Source: the human T2T-CHM13v2.0 reference genome, Homo sapiens. From it: a stretch of DNA of 64,000 nt. Positions 42,530-54,555 of this stretch are shown in pieces; positions within the stretch are counted from its first letter, which is position 1, and each line of letters begins with the position of its first letter. The stretch lies in NCBI RefSeq assembly GCF_009914755.1, contig NC_060934.1. The stretch is one strand, 5' to 3'. The notes beneath the pieces are model-generated. The model saw only the letters and a program-made list of their open reading frames with translations, made no database searches and was not told where the DNA came from. A program made the position numbers and the translations under genes.

Positions 42530-42708
42530 GTATTTTGTTGTTGTCATTGTTGTTGTTTAGAGATGGGATCTTACTATGTTGCTGCCAGGCTAGAGTGCAG
42601 TGCTATGACCATAGTTTATTGCAGCCTCAAACTCTTGGCCTCAAGTGATCCTCCTGCCTCAGCCTCCCAAGTAGCTGGGATTACAGGCATGCACCACAGT
42701 GTCCAGCT
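42530..42708 (-). mobile_element. Alu monomer (FRAM-like)
   Basis: (TGT)n tail followed by antisense right-arm sequence. Confidence 0.85.
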
Positions 42709-43558
42709 TGCATGTAAGTTTTAAGGAAAGTTCTATCTACTTCAGATTTTGTTTTGGCTTCAAAGTTATAAAATTTTCATGGAGTTCCAGTGGGGTGGGG
42801 ATGGAGGGGTTGGGGTGTGAAGAGAACTGTTAGTAGCTTTAGAGAGTTCATGAAAGTAGAAAATAGGTATATTCAACTTATTTGTAATAAGTCCTGGATG
42901 TCTTGGAGCTACTATAAGGTGTCTTTGAGTTCATATATGGGTTAAACTTTGTTTATAGACTGAATAAATGCTGTATATGTACGAATATAAATAAAATATA
43001 TATAGGTAGGGATGTGATTACTAGTAGAGTTACATAAATGCACTCAAAGATGAGGCTGAATTTACAGTAGTATTTGTCATCACATATTTTCTCAATCAAT
43101 AAGTATCAAAACACAATGACTAGCATGGAAGATCATCCTTCAAAAGTACTTCACACATTAGGAATGACCTCTTTCAAGAGAACCAGAACATTTCAGACAA
43201 AGAGACTTTGGGCTGCCTGTGTGGATGATGACGATGACAACTCAGCAGTACTGCCACTTGATGTTGTGCTCTTTACCCAGGATAAGTTTGTTGAAAATGA
43301 GCTACTTTAAGCTAGTTTCCTGAACAAAGTGCAGTGTGGACAGCTGTTTAAGCCATCAGATGTAGGTCAAAGTCTGCAACACTAAATAGGATTTTTTTTT
43401 TTTTTGCCTTTAATTCCAGAACAAAAGTTGTTTTGGGACTAAGTTGTAGGAGAATGTTATAGATCCTTGGGTTTTGGTGCTCATGGAGAACTAAACCATA
43501 TTAATATGAACAAGAGACGGTGGGAGTGGCTTTCTGACAGTAGTTAAAATTTCCTGCA

Positions 43559-43959
43559 GGCCGGGCACAGTGGCTTATGGCTATAATCCCAGCACTTTGG
43601 GAGGCTGAGACGAGAGGATTGCTTGAGGCCTGGAGTTCAAGACCAAGCTTGGCAACATGGCAAGATGCCCATATCTACAAAAATTAAAATTAAAAAAAAT
43701 AGCTGGACATGGTAGCACTTGCCTGTAGTCCAGTAACTTGGGAGGCTGAGGCAGGAGGATCACCTAAGCCCAGGGGGGTCGAGGCTACAGTGAACCATAA
43801 GCACACCACTGCACTCCAGCCTGGGCAGCAGAGCAAGACATTGTACCTAAAAAAATGCAAACCACCATGGCACACGTTTACCTATGTAACAGACCTGCAT
43901 CTCCTGCACGTGTGCCCTGGAACATAAAATAAAAGTTGAAAAATAAAATAAAATAAAAT
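43559..43959 (+). mobile_element. AluJ joined to an old L1PA 3' end
   Basis: Alu to about 43855, then 'gcaaaccaccatggcacacgtttacctatgtaac...aaaataaaagttgaaaaa'; flanking 'aaat(c)ttcctgca' on both sides. Confidence 0.88.
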
Positions 43960-44269
43960 AAATCTTCCTGCAAAGGAAAACACAGCAGTTTTGCTGAGTC
44001 CCTTTAAAAAAAAACAAAAAACAAAAAAAACAAACAAAAAAAACCCAAACTTGTTTTCTAGTAGTCAATCAATTACCAATTTTGGGTGCAGCTGGTGTAC
44101 CAAAAGTAGGAAAACCAGTTTGCCTCCATATGCAGTTGATGCTTTTACTATCTAAAGCTGACAAGTACTGACCCTGCTAGTAAATTATCTCTCTGCATAA
44201 GAACCATAGCTATATTTTCCTAAAAATGAAGATATTATTCATGAAAGGTGAAAATGTAGTTGCTAAGCA

Positions 44270-44490
44270 CATGTGTTCTAGATTTAGATGTCTTGTCAAA
44301 ACCCTTAGCTCTATCATTTGTTAGCCTGTTTGACCTTAGACAAATTATATGACCTCACTCTACCTCATCTGTAGATTAGGAGTAGTAACAGATTTTGCCC
44401 GTAAAATTAAATGAGATACTACATTTGAAGTGCTTACTTACCACACTGCTTGGCCACAGCAAACAGTCAATTAAAGTTTATTATTATTAT
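44270..44490 (+). mobile_element. MIR
   Basis: 'gctctatcatttgttagcc...tgaccttagacaaatt...cctcatctgta...aaatgagata'. Confidence 0.7.
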
Positions 44491-45004
44491 TGTTTTAGAA
44501 GACAAGTCTCCAGCTTTTAAATTGGTAATACATAGAATTCCTAGGCAAAATTATTATTAATAAAATAGTATTATTTTATTATAAAATTTGTGACATTATT
44601 TTATTATAAAAGTTCAGGATGGAAAGCCTTCTCAAACATTTGTTTTATTGTGGATTCTTCTAGAAGTAGAATTGTTCAAACCTGGGCATTCGGATGGTAG
44701 TTTAAGGTGGCTGAAATGAAGGTCTAGTTATGCCTTGTCTTACAAATTTCAGGCTAAAACTATTTTGCCCCTGGCAATGAAATAGAACCATGGAAAATCT
44801 ATTAATTGACCACTTATCTGTACAATTAGAAAAATTCAGAACTGTCTGGAAACGATCTTGGCCCAAATTTTGGTTCCTCTCTCAGCTCACCTCAGAACAC
44901 TAGCATGGATTCTGGTTACGAAAGAGCCCCTCTTGGCTCCTCAGTTTCCATATTTGGATCTTAACCAACCCTTAGTTGATCATGATTAAGAAAGATAATT
45001 TGGA

Positions 45005-45270
45005 ACCAGATGCAGTGGGTCATGCCTGTAATCCCAGTGCTTTGGAAGGCCAAGGAGGGAGGATTGCTTGAGAACAGCCTGGGCAACATAGTGAGACCCA
45101 GTCTCTACAAAAAAAAAAGAATTAAAAAATTAGCCAGGCATGAGCCTGTAGTCCTAACTACTTGGGAGGCTGAGGTGAGAGGTTCACTTGAGCCTAGGAG
45201 TTTGACGTTGCTTGCAGTGAGCTATGATGGCACACTTCAGCCTGGCAGACAGACCAAGACCCTGTCAAGA
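45005..45270 (+). mobile_element. AluJ (diverged)
   Basis: Dimeric Alu with small deletions; its tail runs into the pentamer array. Confidence 0.92.
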
Positions 45271-45664
45271 AAAAGAAAAAGAGAAGAGAAGAAGAGAGGA
45301 GGGAAAGGAAAGGAAAGGAAAGGAAGGGAAGGGAAGGGAAGGGAAGGGAAGGGAAGGGAAGGGGAGGGGAGGGGAGGGGAGGGGAGGGGAGGGGAGGGGA
45401 GGGGAGGGGAGGGGAGGGGAGGGGAGGGGAGGGGAGGGGAGGGGAGGGGAGGGGAGGGGAGGGGAGGGGAGGGGAGGGGAGGGAAGGGAAGGGAAGGGAA
45501 GGGAAGGGAAGGGAAGGGAAGGGAAGGGAAGGGAAGGGAAAGGAAAGGAAGGGAAAGGAAAGGAAAGGAAAAAGAAGGGAAGAGAAGGGAAGGGAGGGGA
45601 AGGGAGGGGAAGGATAGGGAAGGGAAGGGAAGGGAAGGGATGGGAAGGGAAGGGAGAAGGAAGG
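45267..45664. repeat. Compound polypurine pentamer array AAAGG/AAGGG/AGGGG
   Basis: (GGGAA)7 at 45326-45360, (GGGGA)24 at 45361-45480, (GGGAA)12 at 45481-45540, flanked by GGAAA units. Confidence 0.97.
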
Positions 45665-46105
45665 TGAGTTGGTTCTCACCTATAAGCAAAGAACTAGCTC
45701 TTGTCCAGAAGCTTCCTCGAGAACACAACCTAGTGTTCACTGCCCTTCAAATAACTAAACACAGTGTGCAAGGTGGAATGCTTACATATGTCTCTGATGC
45801 AGAAGTTTAGCAAAGAGGAAGATACCTATAATTCGACTCTTCCAGAGAGTATTCTTTAGACAAACTGTAGATTATTGTAATGTCATAAACCTATACAAGA
45901 GCCTTATAAGAAAAGGCCACAAATGCATTATGATGACATGATTTATGTTATACCTTGTCCTATGAGGAATCCTGGAGAAATTCTTGTCTGACCCTAGAAT
46001 CAAAAAGACTTGGAATTTTACTGAGCTGTTGTATTTGCTTTTAATTTCATGAACACTCTGAGTCAGATCTGTTCTGGTTTCCTTTTTGACCCTGCCTGGG
46101 AACGC

Positions 46106-46456
46106 TGTAGTGGGCTTTCAGCTGTCCACAAATTTCTGCCTCCTCTCCTTACACATGGAAGACCTGACTTTTCCCCTCTCTTGTGGGTAGAGACATGAGG
46201 CAAGTTCTGGCCAATGAGAGTGAGTAGAAATGATGTGATCAGAGCATTTAATTGCTAATGCAAGATTTTTCAAAGCTCTTCCCCTCTGCCATGGTGGCAG
46301 GCAGTGTGAGTGACAATGGCTGCTCCATTCGCTTAGAAACCAAAAATAAGCCTGAGATCTGTAACGAAAGAGAAATTAAAGCACTGTTGTCAAAAACTCC
46401 TGAGATTTGGGAGCTGTCTTTACCATAGTAGAACCTGGTGCATCCTGATTAATACA
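46106..46456 (+). mobile_element. Old MLT1 (MaLR) LTR
   Basis: 'gttctggccaatgagagtgagtagaaatgatgtg' and terminal 'catcctgattaataca'. Confidence 0.75.
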
Positions 46457-46780
46457 CAGCTAAATATATCATCGATGGGAGGATGGTCAGTTGTTATTTT
46501 ACATGTATTTTGATTTAATTTCTTGATCACTTTGCCTCACCCTTGTTATCTTTTCTCATCCAATGCAGCCTAATGTTTTCAATTTTGTCATATTTTATGA
46601 GTTCTTGTAAGTCAACTTTGAGAATAGATGGGAAATGATTAAGTTAACTTAACGAATTTATGTGAACCCTGGAGAAACACCTCAGTGTGAGTTGGCTATG
46701 CAGGATAAACAGATTTTAAGTACAGCTGCTCTGGAAATTGTTTTCTTAACAGAGAAAATACCTAAGCTTAGGACTAGTAG

Positions 46781-46814
46781 CTGCATTTCCAGAGGGATGC
46801 ACTAGAGGGCGCGT
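46781..46814 (+). promoter_or_regulatory. CTCF binding site (core plus upstream motif)
   Basis: Core GCACTAGAGGGCGC (46799-46812) versus consensus CCACYAGRGGGCGC; upstream CTGCATTTCC ends 8 bp before the core; local CpG retention. Confidence 0.75.
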
Positions 46815-47401
46815 GGAGCTTGGTGTGCTCGACAGTCACGGTACCCTTTGGCCCTCTTGGGTACAATGAGAAGAGTATATTGTCAAGGGATTATGGCGGG
46901 AGTTTTTGTTTGCATGATTTCCTATATTCGAAATTTCAGAAACTGGTATTGATTTACTTTCTTTTTATGCAAAATTGACCCTAAGAAAAATGAGGTTATA
47001 AAAATGTTCACTTGTCTGTAACATTATTTTATTATAAAATGTTAGAATTGAAGAGCATCTTAATGGAGGTTTATGGAGTCTTTCTTCACATCAGGAATTA
47101 TTTTTCAATGCAGAATTCCACCCAAACTTATTCAATGTTCTGCTAATTTTCTGACCTCTTCCCTCAAAATTAACATGTCCTAGCTTCTATTTCCTAGGAG
47201 GGGCTTATTAAGTGGCCAGTTTGTTAATCTGGTTATCTAATTTGAAACAAAATGTTAATGGCTAACAATACCTTAGCTATTAACCATACCTACCTGTCCA
47301 GATAGAATTGTTTTTAACTGGCTGTAACATCAACATAAAAGGGAACAACATGGGTAAGTGTGGGAGTGGATTCCAGGTGTCAGTTTCATAAGCAACCTCC
47401 T

Positions 47402-47537
47402 GTATGATATTCATCCAAGACAACAGCTTTATTCTCAGGAGAATTACTACTCATATAATAAGTTAAATCCGGTATGATATTCATCCAAGACAACAGCTTT
47501 ATTCTCAGGAGAATTACTACTCATATGCTAAGTTAAA
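47402..47537. repeat. 70-bp tandem duplication of unique sequence
   Basis: 55 identical bases starting at 47402 and 47472 ('gtatgatattcatccaagacaacagc...tactactcatat'). Confidence 0.97.
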
Positions 47538-47810
47538 ATGCCATTAAATATTTTATAGAGGAATTTTGTTGTTCGGATTCCCTGTTTGAGGTTAATGCTA
47601 CTTACTGCTTCTGGAGTTTTGGTAGGTTATAAGCTGTTTCTGTGGTTGTTCAGATCTTTGGTAATAGTAACAGGAATTGGATACAGGGTTGAAATGCATT
47701 TGTTAATCTCTAAACATTCTTTTAGTCAATAGCTTTAGCCTCCTTTCTTTTGAGGAAAAGTAAGGATAAATGAAAGAACACAAACTTTGGAGTCAAATAA
47801 ATCTGGAGTT

Positions 47811-48135
<325 letters not shown>

Positions 48136-48886
48136 TTAGATACAAACTATCATCATATCCCAAGTTTTAAATTCCTCAACTGTAAAATGGGGATAAAAAA
48201 CACATCTCAAAGATTTGGGGGAAGACTTATATCTTATGAAAAGTCCTTGAAATGTCTCAAAAAAATCTGTTTTCCATCAAATCTTTTGTGAAATATGAAA
48301 CTCATTAATAAAATCAATGTATTTTAATTGCATTTCTGATATACAGAATTGAAATCACATTTCTAGTTAATGTTGGCAAAGTGAGGCAGCTGATAGATGG
48401 TTCTAATAATGAGATCCCCAAGGTGGACAGAGTGGACTTGGGTTTGGTGTTAGAACCCAGTGAACAATCAAATTGTGGAAGGTCCTGGCATCCCAGTCTC
48501 CCAGTGGGAGTGAGTCAATAGTGAGCCCTTTGACTGGCAGCCTCAGCCTCCCACATGAGCCTTTATTTCTGTCTCAGCTCCATCTGACAAACTCTCATGA
48601 TTCCACATGAAGAGCAAGTGAAAATTTACACTAAGACAGTCAATAGAGTTTAAATCTTTGTGTTGCTTAGCCACAAGGTTCTTTTTTAAAAATTAGTCTT
48701 TTCAATAGAATAGTTAACTGCTCTGAAGGAATGTTTAGTTTTAGGGACATCTCCCAGGTCATGAATTATTATCTCAGTATCTGCTAAAATAACTGTATGC
48801 TAAATTAAATTCCATTATTGTAAACTGTCATTTCAAAGTAACTAGTTAAGTGCAACATTTTTTTTTTAAACCAGTTAGAATATGTA

Positions 48887-49047
48887 GACCAGGCTTGGAG
48901 GCTCATGCCTATAGTCTTGGCTGCTCGGGAGGCTGAAGCATAAGAGTCCCTTGAGCCCAGGAGCTCAAGATTGCAGTGAGCCATGATCACACCACTGCAC
49001 TCCAGCCCGGACAACAGTGAGACCCTGTGTCTAAAATAAATAAATAC
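48887..49047 (+). mobile_element. Alu monomer (FRAM/FAM-like)
   Basis: Single-arm Alu; TSD-like 'agaatatg'. Confidence 0.85.
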
Positions 49048-49128
49048 ATAAGAATATGAGCCAGAGCCAATAATAGAGATATATACATATATATGAAGAA
49101 AAGTTTCTATTTTTAGTGTCTGCTGTGG

Positions 49129-49658
49129 CAGGGCTCCCCAACCCCCAGGGCACAGATCCGTCCTGATCTGTGGCATATTAGGAACCAGGCTGCACAGCAG
49201 GAGGTTAGGGTGGGCAAGTGAGCAAAACTTCCTCTGTATTTAGAGATGCTTCCCATCACTCACAGTACCACCTGAGCCCTACCTCCTGTCAGATCAGCAG
49301 CAGCATTAGAGTCTCATAGGAGCGTGAACCCTGTTGAGAACCATGTGTGCAAGGGATTTAGTTTGTACAATCTTTAAGAGAATCTAATGCCTGATGATCT
49401 GTCACTGACCCTATCACCCCCAGATGGGATAGTCTAGTTGCAGGAAAACAAGTTCAGGGTTCCCACTGATTCTACATTACGGTGAATTATATAATTATTG
49501 TATTATATGCTACAATGTAATAATAATAGAAATAAAGTGTACAATAAATGTAATGCACTTCGATCATCCCCAAACCATCCCCCCACCACCCACCCTTGTC
49601 TGGAAAAATTGTCTTCCATGAACCCAGTCCCTGGTGCCAAAAAGGTTGAGGACTGCTG
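49129..49658. mobile_element. MER1A hAT DNA transposon
   Basis: TIR-like 'cagggctccccaacc' and 'ggttgaggactgctg'; 8-bp TSD tgctgtgg/tgctatag. Confidence 0.92.
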
Positions 49659-50245
49659 TGCTATAGAATGTGCCTTTCAGAAAAAGTTATTTTCCTAGAA
49701 AATGATCACTGAAATGTCAACAATTCTAATAACAATCTAAACCACTCTTATCTCCAGAGTGAACACAAAGGGAAATATAAAATTCCATGAAATCCTTGAT
49801 TCTTTACACTTAATTTTTGTGGAGTCTTGGCTTGATCCTTGATGCTCTTTGCTATAAATCTTTTATGTTTTCATTCATTTCTTGGAGCATGCACTGATTA
49901 GATTGAGGAAGTGGGGAACACATTCTCCCTTTGGTTTCTGCCGTGGGTCTCAAAATCATTCTGAGAGGGGAAGAATCTTTTTTATCACTCTCTCTTTAGA
50001 GGAACAAGCAGCTCTGCTCAAAGGATTAAATTCCACAACTGCCTTATTATGATACCTTGTTTGAACCAGGGATGGTGGTCAAAACTGATCAAAATGCAAT
50101 AGTTAACATGTAATCCCTTGGGTCCCACGGTAACATGTAATTTCATGCATTTCAAATTTAGTTAAGTTTTTACAGCTAAATTTTGAGCTTTTTTATGCTA
50201 ACTTGTATCATTTTGAATCACATATATATTATTAAGTAAGGTTAA

Positions 50246-50638
<393 letters not shown>

Positions 50639-50815
50639 TGAGGAACTAGAAAACTGAATTCCTCCTTATTCTAATGACAGACTTCTCGGACCTCACTTTC
50701 AGTCCTCTCTGCATTCTTTCTCCCTCTGCCTTTCCTCTCCTCCACACCTCCTCTGGATATCTCATTCCTTTGTCCTAACTCTGACAATTAGCAGAAATTG
50801 CATGAAAACCCTAGT

Positions 50816-50917
50816 ATTTATTTATTTATTTATTGTTTTGGAGAGACGGTCTGTCTCCGTCACCCAGGCTGGAGTACAGTGGCATGATCTCGGCTCACTG
50901 CAACCTCTGCCTCCTGG
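50816..50917 (-). mobile_element. 5'-truncated Alu
   Basis: Right-arm fragment with (TTTA)n tail; TSD 'gaaaaccct(a/t)gt'. Confidence 0.88.
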
Positions 50918-51780
50918 AAAACCCTTGTTATTTTTAACAAAGGATAAGCCAGACAATACTAGGAATGAGAGGCAGATCCCTGAAGAAAGGGGGGTGCAGT
51001 TCTGGGAGAGGGAGAGGTATTGGCAGTTAAGTCTTGACCAGGCCAGAGAGCAGCATCAGCTGGAGGAAGGGTGAGTCCAACAGCCAAATGGAAATGAGTG
51101 CACTGAGGAATTGGAAGAGGAAGAGCAAAGTTCAGTGAGAACCAGAAGGCAGGAGAGCCCAGCAGCCTGCCCACATCTGAAGACATGGAGCTGAGAACAG
51201 GAAATCCGTGTGGCGTTTAGGATTTGGGGTGAACCAGAGGAAGGAGCTGCTGCCCGTGTCGGTATGCTCAGGATGACGGTTGGTTTTGTTGTGAAAGACA
51301 AGAATGAAAATAGGAATGCCAACGAGACTGATTCTGAGATACTTGGAAGCCCTCAGGGTTTAGAGGGATAGATCTCACCCCATGAAGGTCTTATCTGAAA
51401 ACATGTTTGGGTATATTTTAGTAGGTGGGATCAGAGCTTTCCCAGGAACTTCCCCATCCCAAAGGGAAGCACTCTTTTGAATTCTGTGACTATGCATTTG
51501 TTTTGCCTATTTTAAACTTTATAAAAAGGAATCATAAAAGCATATACTCTTTAGTGTCTCACCTTTTGCTTAATATTATGCCTGGGCAATTCATCCATGC
51601 TCATGCATGTAGTAATGGTTTATCCATTCTCATGGCTGTATATATTCTATTGACTATAGCAGGATGTATCTGTCCTTTCTACAATCATTATTTGTTTGTT
51701 TCATCGTGTGTTTTGAAACTACAATGGCCTCCCTAAAGGCAATCTTTCAAGACCATGCTGATTCTTCTCAGGGCCCAGCC

Positions 51781-52146
51781 TGATATGGTTTGGCTCTGTG
51801 TTCCCACCCAAATCTCACCTCGAACTGTAATCCGCATGTGCCGAGGGAGGGACCTGGTGGGAAGTGATTGGCTCATGGGGGCAGTTTCCCCCATACTATT
51901 CTCGTGACAGTGAGGGAGTTCTCACGAGATCTGATGGTTTTAAAGTGGCAGTTGCCCCGCGCTCTCTCTCTCTCCTGTCACCTTGTGAAGACGGACCTTG
52001 CTTCCCTTTCACCTTCTGCCATGATTGTAAGTTTCCTAAAGCCCCTCCAGCCATGCAGAACTATGAGTCAATTAAACCTCTTTCCTTCCAAAAATTACCC
52101 TGTCTCAGGTAGTATCTTTATAGCAGTGTGAGAACAAACTAATACA
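51781..52146 (+). mobile_element. THE1D/MSTA-type MaLR solo LTR nested in ERV-L gag
   Basis: 'tgatatggtttggctctgtgttcccacccaaatctc...caaactaataca'. Confidence 0.93.
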
Positions 52147-53173
52147 TGAAGGGGTGGCCTGCCCCTTCACACCTGCGGGTATTTCTAGTCAGGTGGGACG
52201 AGAGACTGAGAAAAGTAATAAGACACAGAGACAAAGTATAGAGAAACAACAGTGGGCCCAGGGGACCAGCGCTCAGCATACCAAGGACCTGCACCAGCAC
52301 TGGTCTCTGAGTTCCCTCAGCTTTTATTGATTATTATTTTCATTATTTTAGCAAAAAGGAATGTAGTAGGAGGGCAGGGTGATAATGAGAAGGTCAGCAA
52401 CAAACATGTGAGCAATAGAATCTATGTCATAATTAAGTTTAAGGGAAGGTACTATGCCTGGATGTGCACGTAGGCCAGATTTATGTTTCTCTCCACCCAA
52501 ACATCTCAGTGGAGTAAAGAATAACAAGGCAGCATTGCTGTAAACATGTCTCACCTCCCACCATAGGGCGGTTTTTCTCCTATCTCAGAATTGAACAAAT
52601 GTACAATCGGGTTTTATACCAAGACATTTAGTTCCCAGAGGCAGGCAGGAGACAGTGGCCTTCCTCTATCTCAACTGCAAGAGGCTTTCCTCTTTTACTA
52701 ATCCACCTCAGCACAGACCCTTTACGGGTGTCAGGCTGGGGGACGGTCAGGTCTTTCTCATCCCACAAGGCCATATTTCAGACTATCACATGGGGAGAAA
52801 CCTTGGACAATACCCAGCTTTCAAGGGCAGAGGTCCTTGCGGCTTTCCACAGTGCATTGTGCCCCTGGTTTATTGAGACTAGAGAATAACGATGACTTTT
52901 ACCAAGTATACTGCTTGTAAACATTTTGTTAACGAGGCCTGTCCTGCACAGCCCTAGATCCCTTAAACCTTGATTTCATACAACACATGTTTTTGTGAGC
53001 TCCAGGTTGGATCAAAGTGGTTGGGTCAAAGTGGCTGGGGCAAAGCTACAAATTAACAACATCTCAGCAAAGCAATTGTTTAAAGTACAGGTCTTTTTCA
53101 AAATGGAGTCTCTTATGTCTTCCCTTTCTACATAGACACAGTAACAGTCTGATCGCTCTTTCTTTTTCCTACA
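52147..53173 (-). mobile_element. HERV-K(HML-2) solo LTR, LTR5A-like (1027 bp)
   Basis: Minus strand starts 'tgtaggaaaaagaaagagcgatcagactgttactgtgtctatgtagaaag' and ends 'ggccaccccttca'; 6-bp TSD aataca/aatcca. Confidence 0.9.
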
Positions 53174-54555
53174 AATCCACAATCCCACCGTTCCTCTTTG
53201 CTTCTGGACTTATACTAGACTCAAGTCCTAGCAGGTCCCTGAAGGTAAGGCACAAGATGTGACCTATGAAGAGATATACTATACTCCAAAAGGACTACTT
53301 GATTTTTCCAATTTATACAGCCAAATCTGGGAAATACGTGTAGGAATGGTCGTTAAGGATGTGGGATAATGGTGGAAGAATATAAGATTGGATCAGGCCA
53401 AATTTATTGATATGGGACCACTAAGCAGAGATTCTTCATTTAATGTTGCAGTTTGGGGAGTCAGAAGAAGCTCATTTGTTTGCTTGGATGGCTGAAACAT
53501 GGACCAAAAATGTTACCCACAGTAAACGAACTTGAAATGCCAGAACTACCCTGGTTACTCTAGAGGAAGGGATTGACAAGCTTATGGAGAAAGAAGAGTT
53601 GGCGTGAATTTGTCATTTCAGATCTGCGCATCCACCCTGGAACACTTTTTTCCATATCTGTGAGAAATAAATGTGTGAGGAGAGCCCTACCAACCTTGAA
53701 GAGTTCTGGGGTCACTCTCTCACTAGGCAAGAACTTATAGTGGGAGCTGCTGTCACTGAATTGGGAAACCTACATTTGTATCCCATATAATATATTTGAC
53801 ATTGAATTTTGTGTTTTCTGGTGTTATTGCTACAATTGCCTTTCTTTTTGTCAGACTCAACTGATACATTTTATCCATCTCTTTATCTTTTGGGGGTCCT
53901 ATTTTCAGGTGTGTCTCTTACATGCTATAATGTTGGGCATGCACAGCCACATTCCATTATCGAATGGGAGTGGTGTTATATTCAAGATTGGGCTTCATCA
54001 GGACCTGAAGGCATGTGCATAAATGACATGAAAAAGTGGCACGAACGTCGTCTTCACTCCCGCTACCCACCTTCTTTCTCCCAGCCAGTGTCTATGGCCT
54101 CATGAAGAGTTCCCTGCAATCAGTTGAAAAAACATGAAAGATTTCAGGCTTAATTTTAAAATGTTTTTTCATGATATACAGATACTTCCAGGAAGTGGAC
54201 AGCTGCAGCACTGTAGCCCCTCTCTAGGACATTCCTGAAGGAAAGGGTGAAGGGAAATCCACCCAGTGGGGACAATTCTGAGCAGTGTAACTGTTGTTCA
54301 ATTTGCTTAGAAGGAGAAATTACCAAATGTGAGATTACATACCAATTCACAGACTGTGGCCAATAGTTAGGCAGGATAATTAGGGAATTGAAAGGATTAT
54401 TATTAGAAAATTGGTAACAAGGAAGTCATAGGAAGAGGTCAGAGGATAAACCTCTCAGAACAGACAAATACATAAGGTATTTGTGTCCCATGTGAATGCT
54501 CAAAAAGGCTGACCTCAGCAGAGGAGGAGTTAAATAATCAACTGGATAGGATGGC

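Noticed and set aside
45010-45810. Longest ORFs (266, 167, 161 and 147 aa; GREGK/GRGGE and PFPSL repeats)
   Set aside because: They are translations of an Alu plus a stop-free purine microsatellite, not genes.
47402-47537. Direct repeats as a CRISPR-like array
   Set aside because: Two adjacent copies without spacers in primate DNA; a simple tandem duplication.
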